DNA from: Kiritimatiellia bacterium
GTDB taxonomy: Bacteria; Verrucomicrobiota; Kiritimatiellia; RFP12; UBA1067
Assembly: GCA_050949565.1 (NCBI GenBank)
Contig: JBMNFY010000017.1
Location: 352,001 to 416,000 of the forward strand
Length of the DNA: 64,000 bases
Direction of reading: 5' to 3'
This document shows positions 18,397 to 27,666 of the stretch, one piece after another (within the stretch, counting starts at the first letter, position 1; every line of letters starts with the position of its first letter). The notes under the pieces are model-generated. The model worked only from the letters and a program-made list of their open reading frames with translations, made no database searches and was not told where the DNA came from. Made by a program: the position numbers and the translations under genes.

Positions 18397-19509
18397 TCAC
18401 TTTGCATAAAACCGATTGATAGCCTCGGCGACACTGTCCACCGCCTCGTCGGTTAGTTCCGGATAAATGGGCAAACACAAAATCGTACGCGCGAGTTTCT
18501 CGGTTACCGGTAACGACACACCGGCAAACCTTTCGGCATAAGCGGGCTGTTGGTGTATCGGTATCGGATAGAGTACCGCCGTGCCGATCTCGTGCTGACG
18601 CAGGTACCGCCCTAGTTCATCGCGCCGCCCGCCGCACTGCACCACGTACTGGTGATACACATGCTTGCCACCAGGGGGATCGCCGGGCAACACGACGGGC
18701 AACGCTTGCAGTTTAGCGCGATAACGCTCGGCAATGGTGCGCCGGCGCATGTTGTCTTCATCCAGAGCCTTCAATTTGACGGTAAGAATCGCGGCCTGTA
18801 TCTCGTCCAGACGCGAGTTGAGCCCAACAATATCGCTCACATACCGCTGCCGCCAGCCGTACTGACGTAACATGCGAACACGCTCCGCGAGCGCAGGGTC
18901 ATGCGTGACAACCGCACCTCCGTCGCCGAACGCCCCAAGGTTTTTTGTGGGATAGAAGCTGAATGCCCCCACAGCACCCCAACATCCCGCGCGCCGCCCC
19001 GACACCTCTGCGCCATGCGCCTGTGCACAATCCTCGACCACACGCACACCGTACCGTTCCGCCACTTCCAAAATTGACGGCATGTCGCACAGCGATCCAA
19101 ACAGATGAACGGCCACCACCGCCTTGACGCCGGCACTGTTCGTGCGCAAATAGTTTTGCAGGGCCTCCGGCGACAACGTCTGACTAAAGGGATCGACATC
19201 GACAAAAACGGGGCAGGCCCCTATGCGTTCGATCGCGGCCACCGTCGCCACCGCCGTATTGGCAACCGTCACGACCTTATCCCCATGCACGACACCTAGC
19301 GCCCGCAGCGCCAGTTCCACCGCGTCCGTGCCGTTTGCCACGCCGACGGCATACGCCACGCCGCAGTAGTCGGCGAACGCGCGCTCAAATTTTTCACACT
19401 CGGAGCCGAGTATATACCAGCCCCGTTTCAAAACGGACAGCACCGCCTCATCAATCTCCTCTGCAAAACGACGGTACGACGCGCCGGGATCGGCAATCGG
19501 AATGGTCAT
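18397..19509 (-). CDS. DegT/DnrJ/EryC1/StrS sugar aminotransferase (FdtB-like)
   Basis: VANGTDA, EDCAQAHGA, SFYPTKNLGAFGDGG, NSRLDEIQAA. Confidence 0.93.
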   Translation of the reverse strand: MTIPIADPGASYRRFAEEIDEAVLSVLKRGWYILGSECEKFERAFADYCGVAYAVGVANGTDAVELALRALGVVHGDKVVTVANTAVATVAAIERIGACPVFVDVDPFSQTLSPEALQNYLRTNSAGVKAVVAVHLFGSLCDMPSILEVAERYGVRVVEDCAQAHGAEVSGRRAGCWGAVGAFSFYPTKNLGAFGDGGAVVTHDPALAERVRMLRQYGWRQRYVSDIVGLNSRLDEIQAAILTVKLKALDEDNMRRRTIAERYRAKLQALPVVLPGDPPGGKHVYHQYVVQCGGRRDELGRYLRQHEIGTAVLYPIPIHQQPAYAERFAGVSLPVTEKLARTILCLPIYPELTDEAVDSVAEAINRFYAK

Positions 19510-19955
19510 GCTTGTTCCCCTCTTACGAAATCCAGAAACTCTTGGTAGTCGCGGATATAGTCCGCCTCATTGTAGTAGTCGGACGCCACCACCAAGAAGA
19601 CGCACCCGGACGAGAAACTGTGCATGGTGTGCCAGAGGCCGGGCCCCAGAAGAACCCCCACATGCGTCTGCCACATCAGTACTTCCTGGCGATTCACCCC
19701 GTCGTCCAATCCCAGCATAAAACTGCCGTTCACACAGAAGATCGCCTGCCACAACGCACGGTGGGCATGTTTCCCCCGAATGCTATGATTGTTCTCCAAA
19801 TGCGTGACATAGTAGACACGCTTGATGTCAAACGGCACATCGCGCCCGCCCTCGGCGATGCACAACACGCCGTCGCGGTCATCTACGACTTTTTTCAAGG
19901 TTACATATCCGCTGTTACGGACAAAAATTTCTGTCTGCGTCTTACTGTTTGCCAC
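19506..19955 (-). CDS. fdtA: dTDP-sugar 3,4-ketoisomerase (FdtA/QdtA cupin)
   Basis: PFDIKRVYY, RGKHAH, WHTM, ASDYYNEADYIRDY; GTG start with GGAGG. Confidence 0.88.
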   Translation of the reverse strand: MANSKTQTEIFVRNSGYVTLKKVVDDRDGVLCIAEGGRDVPFDIKRVYYVTHLENNHSIRGKHAHRALWQAIFCVNGSFMLGLDDGVNRQEVLMWQTHVGVLLGPGLWHTMHSFSSGCVFLVVASDYYNEADYIRDYQEFLDFVRGEQA

Positions 19956-20763
19956 GTTTGGCCCTCCAAAAATAACTCTTACTGTAAGCAACCTGCCAGG
20001 GATTGAGCAAGACCAGAGGCGGGAATGGATCGGTCATTTCAACCTCCAGATCGTACATAGATTCGAAGGTGGCACGAATTGATGCCTCCGAAAAAAGGCG
20101 CAGAGGATAAGAAGCTGGATAGATCGACGGTGGCACATGCTGCACGACAATCCGATCTTTCACGGCCTTGTTCAAAACAACGGTTCGCTCGACGATGACA
20201 GAATCGCATCCGTAAGCCAGAATCATCCGCAACAGTTCCTGAGCATCCGGTATATAGTTGAGGACGCTTCCGAGAAACACCAAGTCAATCTTCTCATGCG
20301 CAAAACACTCATCGACTGATTCATAAAAAACGAGCTGTTCGTTTTGGAACTCCTTTTGACCGCACGCCACTGTTTTCGGCTGCTCGACGACGCTCCATCG
20401 TAACCGGCCTATACCCTCGAACATCTTTCGGTTCTGCCAATATGTGCTCCCCAGCGCACCGCCAAAATCAAGGACACCGATCCTATTATGGCACTGAGCC
20501 CGCAACCGCCACAACACGGTCAACAACGGCCAGTTGTACTCCGCATGATAGAAAAGCACAGAATCCCGCTCAAACGCAGCGCGTCCCGCAACAACCTCGC
20601 GAGTCGCCGCCCTCACTCTGTCCAAAATGACGTCATCGCCATATCCCTGCTGGCAACACCGGCAGGCATCTTCCCATGACTCGAAATCACCGACATACCG
20701 ATTGTTTCGAGAAGGCATCAACCGGTCGCGCATCGCAATAACGATTAACTTAAGTTTTTCCAT
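19942..20763 (-). CDS. Putative methyltransferase (TIGR04325-like)
   Basis: AFERDSVLF, VLDFGGALGSTY, WSVVEQ, VQHVPPSIYPASYP. Confidence 0.75.
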   Translation of the reverse strand: MEKLKLIVIAMRDRLMPSRNNRYVGDFESWEDACRCCQQGYGDDVILDRVRAATREVVAGRAAFERDSVLFYHAEYNWPLLTVLWRLRAQCHNRIGVLDFGGALGSTYWQNRKMFEGIGRLRWSVVEQPKTVACGQKEFQNEQLVFYESVDECFAHEKIDLVFLGSVLNYIPDAQELLRMILAYGCDSVIVERTVVLNKAVKDRIVVQHVPPSIYPASYPLRLFSEASIRATFESMYDLEVEMTDPFPPLVLLNPWQVAYSKSYFWRAKRGKQ

Positions 20764-20768
20764 TGCCG

Positions 20769-21689
20769 TTACTCCCTTGACGCTCCACGGTAGGAGAGCT
20801 TGGCCTGCAACAGGCGAACTAGTGCAACCAATCGAGGGAAACGATCACTCCAAGGCCTCGGACACATTTTCCGATGCAGCCGCGCACACTGCGGATGTTC
20901 CACGGGCGCAGGCCACTCGTGTGGAATGGGCGGGCAAGGGGCCAGCACGCCGTTCGCCAGCCAATTCTTCCCGACGGCATTGGTGGCGCCTTCGCCAAAG
21001 CCGATGTGCTCCACCATGCTCCAAGGCGGACGCACACACAATCCGCCGTGCAGCATGTGGTGATACAGCCAGCGAACCGCCCAGATGTTTTTCTCCTGTT
21101 CTTGCTTCGCCATAAACGGCAGGTCGCCGCCATATCGAGCCGGGTCTCCGCCCTTTTCAACAAGCCGCTCTATCTTTTCCAAAGCCGTCTCATCCATCAT
21201 GCCCTGCCAAGCTCTGCGCCAGGTGCCCCACACCCAGCACTCTGCGCGTCCATCGAAGTAGGGATGGTCCGCCACGTTCGACGGAATCAGGTGCCGATTG
21301 GTCCAGCCCGTCACGCTCATAACCCGCGATGCGTTTCGATAAGCCCGCAGGGCAGAACAGAGATAGTTGTATGTTCCGGGCACGCAGATTAAATCATCCT
21401 CCCAGACAAGCACCGATTCGAAACGTTCTAAGGCCTCCGAAACACCCGCCAACACATTCCTACCCAGTCCCCAGTTCTCCGTGCGGTCATGCCGCTCAAC
21501 CTCGCACCAGTCTATTCCCGAAAGCAGATCGCGTACAGACGCGACCCCCTGCTGATCCCTCTCGTTTTTACTCGCGTCCGAACACGCGATAATCAAGGGG
21601 ACATGATTCTCATGCAAACAGGCCAACGTCCGTTCGAGAACATCGCGCCGTTTGTATGTGAACAACACAACTGGAATGCAGTCAGTCAT
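20769..21689 (-). CDS. Glycosyltransferase (GT-A fold)
   Basis: PVVLFTYKR, NWGL, VWEDDL, CWVWGTWRRAW, HIGFGEGATN. Confidence 0.8.
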   Translation of the reverse strand: MTDCIPVVLFTYKRRDVLERTLACLHENHVPLIIACSDASKNERDQQGVASVRDLLSGIDWCEVERHDRTENWGLGRNVLAGVSEALERFESVLVWEDDLICVPGTYNYLCSALRAYRNASRVMSVTGWTNRHLIPSNVADHPYFDGRAECWVWGTWRRAWQGMMDETALEKIERLVEKGGDPARYGGDLPFMAKQEQEKNIWAVRWLYHHMLHGGLCVRPPWSMVEHIGFGEGATNAVGKNWLANGVLAPCPPIPHEWPAPVEHPQCARLHRKMCPRPWSDRFPRLVALVRLLQAKLSYRGASRE

Positions 21690-22074
21690 GTTGCGAGTGT
21701 AACAAAACCGTATTCTTTATGGCAACACCGGCGGTAATCGGTGGTAATCGGTTAGTGACAGGGGCTTGCGAAGATCATGCGTTTCTGGTGAAAAGGAGAG
21801 CAGAGAGTCGGGAGCGCGGGCGTCCTCGCCCGCAACAACGTGTCTTGCGGTTGCTCAGATTTTTTGTTTTGCCCGCAGGATGGGAGGGACGAGCGTCTGC
21901 TCGTCCGCGGGCAAGCAGACGCTTGCCCCTCCCGGCGCTCCGCGAGCTCGGATGCCGCGCATCGGAATCTCGATCGGCCTTTCACAAAGCGGGCGGGGAC
22001 GCCCGCGCTCCCGACTGCGCACACACAAACCACGCACTAAACTCGCATGATCCCTGTCACTAGCCGATTACCAA

Positions 22075-22160
22075 TCACACCGGCGACTCAACCCGCAACT
22101 CTGGAAAAACGGCTATAGCGCGACGTCCAGCAGAACACAACTGTCCACGACCCACGCCAT
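22075..22160 (-). pseudogene. vapC: Internally deleted PIN-domain toxin (vapC) remnant
   Basis: TGATG overlap with the antitoxin; MAWVVDSCVLLDVAL* (PIN N-terminus) directly followed, out of frame, by FPELRVESPV* (C-terminus-like). Confidence 0.65.
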
Positions 22161-22426
22161 CAGGTCTCCCCTTCCCGCAGAATTTTCATTGCTTTGTCAG
22201 TTTCCAAAGGGAGGCCGTGCTGGTTGAACTGTTTGGCATATCCGACCATTTCCAACGCAGACACTCTTTTCTGCGGTTGTTTTACGACAGTTACAGAAAA
22301 AACGCCATCCCCCGTCTGACGCCAAGACAACCGCTGTCCGGCGGCAAGCCGAGCCTTTTTACGCAAGTGAGCCGGCATGGATATCTGTCCGCGCGCAGTC
22401 AGAACCGTTATGTTTCGCCTGTTCAT
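22160..22426 (-). CDS. AbrB/MazE/SpoVT-family antitoxin
   Basis: LTARGQISMPAHLRKKARL..GQRL swapped-hairpin motif, 88 aa. Confidence 0.85.
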   Translation of the reverse strand: MNRRNITVLTARGQISMPAHLRKKARLAAGQRLSWRQTGDGVFSVTVVKQPQKRVSALEMVGYAKQFNQHGLPLETDKAMKILREGET

Positions 22427-22432
22427 GCCCTT

Positions 22433-22461
22433 AGATTAGCATGATGCTTTTATCATGTCAA
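22433..22461 (-). promoter_or_regulatory. Sigma70 promoter with palindromic operator for the antitoxin
   Basis: TTGACA-17 bp-TAATCT; CATGAT...ATCATG palindrome across the spacer; ATG 6 nt downstream. Confidence 0.7.
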
Positions 22462-23207
22462 ACGCTGAAGGGTAATCGGTCAGGGGGGCGGTTTTTTATC
22501 ACACGAAGGCACAAAGGGCACGAAGGTTTTTTGGGGGGCATTGCTCGGGTTTATTTAACCACGGAATACACTGAACACACGGAAAGGCGCAGCTCTGCTG
22601 TTTCGCGCGAAGGCGCGAAGGCGCGAAGATTGGAGGGCGAGTGTCCCCACGAGCCGCCTTCCACTGTGCGGAAGGATGGTTTCAGGGTTTGTTGCGGAGC
22701 ACTGGGAGGGGCAAGCGTCTGCTTGCCCGCGGACGAGCAGACGCTCGTCCCTCCCCAGCGGCGGTCACGCCGCCACCCCGTAAAAAAATCTCTATCCCTC
22801 TGCGTCTCTGCGTTAAAAAACTTTCAACGCTCAACTCTCATTTCGGCACTCACAAGTAAGGCGAAAGATTTGGAGTGCGGCGGCAAGCGGTATTCCGCGC
22901 GACGCCGCTTTTTGAGCAGTGTTTTTCCGTGCGTGGCGCGAAGGGAAAGCGGTGCCGCGACCCGCGCACAGCGCGGCTCTTGTCACCGCACTCCAAATTT
23001 TCCGCCGCGCCATGCGCGGCACAACCTTTATGCGCCCGCGTGTCAATCCTGTCGTTTATGCGCCCGCGTAGCGGGAAATCCTGTCAAAAAAACACCCTGC
23101 TTTTCACCAGAAACGCATGATCCTCGCCCCCCCTGTCACTAACGCGCTAACCGATTACCGAACCGTGTATGATGGACAAAGCAGCCCGTTTCTGACATAA
23201 TTCAATC

Positions 23208-23861
23208 GTGAATTCAACACATACAGCTCCTGATACGGTTCCGGATTATTTCGGTTCCCGCTATGTTTTCGATGCGGGCAGAGCGAGGGTCTGGCGGGCG
23301 ATCTGTGAATATCTACAACGGTATATTCCTGAAACAGCAACTGTTCTAGATGTGGGAGCTGGCTACTGCGATTTTATCAATCAGATCAAGGCTGGCAAAA
23401 AATATGCCGTCGATATTGACCGCGAGGCGCACAAGCATTGCGCTGAAGAGGTCCAGTTTGTACATGCCAACCTCGCCGACATCGATTTGCCAGCGGAGTC
23501 ATTTGACACCATATTTGCCAGTAACTTACTGGAACATCTGCACGATAATGAACTGAACGTTTTTTTTAGTCAGGCGGATAAGCTGTTAGTGACCGGCGGC
23601 ACACTCATTTTGATCCAGCCGAACATCCGTTATTGCTATCGTGAGTATTGGGACGATTTCACCCACGTTAGAGCCTTCAGCAACGTCAGCCTAAGCGACC
23701 TGTTGGTTAGTCGGGGTTACAAGGTGGTGAAAGTTGAACCGCGCTTTCTCCCTTTCTCCTTCAAATCAATCCTGCCCAAAACCTATTGGCTAACGAAACT
23801 TTATCTGCTGTTGCCATTCCGTCCGTGTGCCAAGCAGATGCTTATTGTCGGTGAGAAGTAA
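23208..23861 (+). CDS. Class I SAM-dependent methyltransferase
   Basis: VLDVGAGYC, FASNLLEHL, YWDDFTH. Confidence 0.85.
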   Translation: MNSTHTAPDTVPDYFGSRYVFDAGRARVWRAICEYLQRYIPETATVLDVGAGYCDFINQIKAGKKYAVDIDREAHKHCAEEVQFVHANLADIDLPAESFDTIFASNLLEHLHDNELNVFFSQADKLLVTGGTLILIQPNIRYCYREYWDDFTHVRAFSNVSLSDLLVSRGYKVVKVEPRFLPFSFKSILPKTYWLTKLYLLLPFRPCAKQMLIVGEK

Positions 23862-23862
23862 A

Positions 23863-24594
23863 ATGAAGAAGTACGACATCACGTTTTTTTTCCCCGTATA
23901 TAACGATGAAAGAACTGTCCGGACTGTTGCGGAAAAAGCAGAGACATTTTTGAAAGATGTCGCTGGCGAGTATCAGATTATCATCATCGACGATGGATCT
24001 CCCGACAACAGTGGAAAGATTGCCGATCAGTTGGCAAAGGAAAACGACCGTATTAGGGTCATCCATCACGAGGTGAACAAAGGCTACGGCGCCGCGCTTA
24101 AAACCGGGTTCGAGGCCTCTGGACATGAGATCATCTGCTTTACAGATGGAGATGACGAATACGACACTTTCGACTTCTATAAGTTGATCAAGCTAATCGA
24201 CTTCTACGACCTGATTATTACCTTTAGATATCGAAGGATGTACTCCTATTACCGAATCATTGTTTCGAGAGTGTATAATGCAGTCTTGAGGGTATTGTTT
24301 AATATACCGTATCGCGATATCAGCACAGGGTTAAGAATGGTTCGGAAGAGCGCCCTGCAGGAAGTCACTCTCCTGTCCGACAGCCCCTTTATCGGCGCCG
24401 AATTGACCATTAAACTGATGCTAAAGGGATACCGGATCGGCCAAGTTGGGATACAAACCTTCCCTCGCAAGTTTAACAAGGGATCTGCAGCAACGGTGAA
24501 AAACATCATTGCGACCATCAAGGACATCATACGCATTTACAGATCCATTTTCTCTAAAAACTACGACCTTTCGTGCCACCAGTCGCAGAGGTAA
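23863..24594 (+). CDS. GT2, polyprenol-phosphate glycosyltransferase-like
   Basis: FPVYNDE, IIDDGSPD, NKGYGAALKTG, FTDGD. Confidence 0.88.
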   Translation: MKKYDITFFFPVYNDERTVRTVAEKAETFLKDVAGEYQIIIIDDGSPDNSGKIADQLAKENDRIRVIHHEVNKGYGAALKTGFEASGHEIICFTDGDDEYDTFDFYKLIKLIDFYDLIITFRYRRMYSYYRIIVSRVYNAVLRVLFNIPYRDISTGLRMVRKSALQEVTLLSDSPFIGAELTIKLMLKGYRIGQVGIQTFPRKFNKGSAATVKNIIATIKDIIRIYRSIFSKNYDLSCHQSQR

Positions 24595-24636
24595 TCAATC
24601 GACCTTTTTTATTCTAATCGAAATGGAGAAATAACG

Positions 24637-25890
24637 ATGAAGAATAACCACATTCTTTGGTTGGGTTTAATTTTGAGCGTTCTCCTCAAAGGTTTCTTTT
24701 TATCTCTGGACGGCAACGCCGATATGTTGCAATACCGGATGTGGGGAGATGCCGTACTTGATAAAGGTCTTGCAGACGCATACCGCGGGATATACTTCCC
24801 CTTACAATGGCAACTTTTCGCAATTTGTTCCTGGTTAGCGCGAAATTTTAATTTCCTTCACTGGACGCTTCCCTTCAAAGCGATGAACCTGATATTCGAT
24901 ATTGGTTGTTTTTGGGTGCTGGTGTTGTTGCTGAAAAGACATAAGCTCAACCCGCTATATGCTTTGTTGTACTGCCTCCATCCCTGGTTCATTGTGAACT
25001 TTTCGCAAGGTTTCGTTGACAGCCAATCCATGTTCTTTGTACTGTTGCCGCTACTCATCCTACGCGAGAATGGAAACACGTTCAAACGGTACTTTGCGGC
25101 AGGAATTCCGCTTGCCTGCGCTTTTTTAATGAAGCCGCAAATCATGCTGATCATTGCAGCCATCGGGTTTTATCTGGTCTGGGCATGGTACAAAACGCGT
25201 TGCTGGCGACAGTTCGCGATTATTATCCCGGTGATCGTACTTTATGCCGCCTACATGATTTATTTTTCATTTTCTGTTCGAGAATACACAGCCGCACAAA
25301 ACATCACCATTCCCGGATTTCTCCTTCTCCCATTTACCTATGTCGTGATTGGCATGACTTTCCCCTGTCTGACGGCATCGATGTCCAACATGTGGTATCC
25401 TATCGCGTACTGCTTGAAACAGCCCGGCGCCCCCGTTTATAGCGTAAACTATCCAGGTGTAACTTTGATCGTGTCGATGCTTACGGTCTGCGCCATTATC
25501 GTTTTTTCGGTCTATCTTGCCAGAAAATATCAGAACGCACTAACCTCTGAGGCTCTGTTTTTCATTGTTACTTTTGTTTCCCTGCTTGTTCCATTCTTCA
25601 TGACATCCGCACACTGCAACCATCCTTTCGTTGCAACGGTCGCGCTGATTGTCATGCTGGCCAAACACCACAGGAATAAAGTTTTTAGTTATGCCTTTCA
25701 CAGCATGTTGATTCTTCTGTTTTGTGCCACCTTTGCGAGATACGGCTGGGGACCGTCGTTACCGCAAAACATTCTCCCCCACAATGGCTTTGTCTCAAAC
25801 ATGATCGCGATTCTTATCGCGATCATTTTCCCCGTACTGTTTTACTGTTTTGTCAAGATAGCCTTGTCAAAGGAGAATGGAGATGAATAA
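24637..25890 (+). CDS. Multi-pass membrane protein, probable GT-C-type glycosyltransferase
   Basis: Many TM segments, early D...Y..WG, YFP, KPQ motifs; follows a polyprenol-P GT2. Confidence 0.6.
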   Translation: MKNNHILWLGLILSVLLKGFFLSLDGNADMLQYRMWGDAVLDKGLADAYRGIYFPLQWQLFAICSWLARNFNFLHWTLPFKAMNLIFDIGCFWVLVLLLKRHKLNPLYALLYCLHPWFIVNFSQGFVDSQSMFFVLLPLLILRENGNTFKRYFAAGIPLACAFLMKPQIMLIIAAIGFYLVWAWYKTRCWRQFAIIIPVIVLYAAYMIYFSFSVREYTAAQNITIPGFLLLPFTYVVIGMTFPCLTASMSNMWYPIAYCLKQPGAPVYSVNYPGVTLIVSMLTVCAIIVFSVYLARKYQNALTSEALFFIVTFVSLLVPFFMTSAHCNHPFVATVALIVMLAKHHRNKVFSYAFHSMLILLFCATFARYGWGPSLPQNILPHNGFVSNMIAILIAIIFPVLFYCFVKIALSKENGDE

Positions 25891-27634
25891 CGTTATCGGA
25901 TTTTTCGCAACAGCATCGCGACCAAGCGAAGCATCTCATCGAGCGGTGCGCAATACATTGGAACGGCTGGCCCGCTTCTCTCGGATGCCGCTCGGTGAAG
26001 GGTGTATCGGGGATATCACGCTCTATCTCATTGGAAACGAAATTCCGGTTGTTCCGAGTCAAGCAGATGCGCCGTTTGATTTCATGCTATGCCCCAACGA
26101 CGCAATCAATCCGGAGTGGGACAGGTATCTCAAGGTGCGTGTTTCCCCGGATGGTGTTCATGTCGAAAACGATTATGCCGCCACCATCCCCGTCTACTAC
26201 TCGACGGAGAAGCATCTGTCTGTCTCCAATCTGGCATCCTGTGTAGAACAGGATCTTGCCGTAAAAATGGACGACATATCTCCTGACGCGATGTTTGGAT
26301 TTCTTCGGTTCTCCCATTTTATATGGGACGAGACCGCATTTTCGACTGTTCGCCAGTTGATCCCAGATGCGAAAGCTGATTTCTTTCTCACGCTCGAGAA
26401 TTCGATCGTCCCCAAGCACAGCGTGAAGGCGTCTTCGTCCAGATGTAACAGAACTGACAATCAAGTGGCTGACGAACTCTATGAGCTAAACCGTGAGTTG
26501 GTCATGCGCACCCTGGGAGATGCCGAGACTGTGATTCTCCCGTTGTCGGCTGGGTATGACTCGCGCATGATCTTTTCGGTTCTTGCGAGTGACAAACAGA
26601 CAAAGAAGCGCCTGCATTGCTTCACGTACGGCGACCCAGGATGCGTGGAAGTCGAAGCTGCACGCATGCTTTGCGAGCGAGAGGGCGTCGCTTGGCAGCG
26701 CATATCGTTGCCTTGCCATTTCCTTTCGCGACCCTATCTTGATGTCATTCATGACATTTTCGGCGCGTCGCTTCACATGCATGGCATGTATCAACTTGAA
26801 TTTTTTGAGCAACTTGAACGAGTAATGCCGAAAATGGAAGGAGCGGTGCTGACATCTGGATTTATGACAGGCGTTCCTGCGGGACAGCACAATCGATTAC
26901 TGGGAATTAGCGCTCCAACAGATAGCCTTTATCAGGCGATGGAGAACTTTTCGCAAAGCCGAGTATGGCCCAATGAAATGCTCAAGGAACTTCCGCTGTT
27001 TAGAGGGAATGACTACAGCGAGTGTGCAGAGGCTCGGTTCCGCAGCGCATTTGATTCTGCTCCCGGCGAAATTTTCCATAAATCGATCGTTTTCGATATA
27101 TGGACGCGACAGAGGAATTTCATATCATATTACCCGCGTACACTCGAATGGCGTATTCCGACGATCAGCCCGCACATGAATACTGACTATGTGAATTTCT
27201 TCCTTTCCCTTGAAAAGCCTCACCTTGATGATCGGAAGGCCGTTGAGTTGATGTTCACCAAACACTATCCAGAACACGCGGCGATCGTTTCCAATAGCAA
27301 TGGGATTAAAACCCTGTCTCGGGGTTTTGATGCTTTCCTATACGCTGTCGCGGCTAAGCTTCAGCGACTTAGATTGACCCGTCTGCTCCCCAAAAAATAT
27401 TGGATAACGGATCTCTGGCTTGACATCCCTGCGTTGCAGAATTCTGGCCCTGACGGATTATACCCACTCTTGTCGGAAGACGCCGGAATGGGCGAAATCA
27501 TCGACGGCATTTGCGGACGCTCGGTCGCAAATGAGCAGGGACGGCGCGCACTTCGCGGAGATGTGGCGGCGTATGAGCGGTTGATCCCAATACAATCTGT
27601 CCTGCTGAGCCTCATGAAAACACAAAAGCTGTAA
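25877..27634 (+). CDS. Asparagine synthase-related protein (ATP-pyrophosphatase domain; no N-terminal Cys GATase)
   Basis: LPLSAGYDSR PP-loop, FTYG. Confidence 0.7.
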   Translation: MEMNNVIGFFATASRPSEASHRAVRNTLERLARFSRMPLGEGCIGDITLYLIGNEIPVVPSQADAPFDFMLCPNDAINPEWDRYLKVRVSPDGVHVENDYAATIPVYYSTEKHLSVSNLASCVEQDLAVKMDDISPDAMFGFLRFSHFIWDETAFSTVRQLIPDAKADFFLTLENSIVPKHSVKASSSRCNRTDNQVADELYELNRELVMRTLGDAETVILPLSAGYDSRMIFSVLASDKQTKKRLHCFTYGDPGCVEVEAARMLCEREGVAWQRISLPCHFLSRPYLDVIHDIFGASLHMHGMYQLEFFEQLERVMPKMEGAVLTSGFMTGVPAGQHNRLLGISAPTDSLYQAMENFSQSRVWPNEMLKELPLFRGNDYSECAEARFRSAFDSAPGEIFHKSIVFDIWTRQRNFISYYPRTLEWRIPTISPHMNTDYVNFFLSLEKPHLDDRKAVELMFTKHYPEHAAIVSNSNGIKTLSRGFDAFLYAVAAKLQRLRLTRLLPKKYWITDLWLDIPALQNSGPDGLYPLLSEDAGMGEIIDGICGRSVANEQGRRALRGDVAAYERLIPIQSVLLSLMKTQKL

Positions 27635-27666
27635 GCACGACTATTAACTGCGGTCTAACTTCGCGC

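Larger units (their letters stand above)
21732..23160. mobile_element. 1.43-kb repeat island bounded by ~60-bp imperfect inverted repeats, carrying a TA remnant
   Basis: 21732-21795 and 23100-23160 share TTAGTGACAGGGG..GCGA.GATCATGCGTTTCTGGTGAAAAG in inverted orientation; partial internal end copies at ~22045-22072 and ~22471-22490; no TSD or transposase seen. Confidence 0.6.

Noticed and set aside
22441-23142. 233-aa ORF and similar short ORFs at 16877-17443, 53232-54075, 54627-55340, 56301-56609 and 59888-60292
   Set aside because: Translations of repeat modules with no domain signal; the 22441 ORF overlaps the antitoxin promoter
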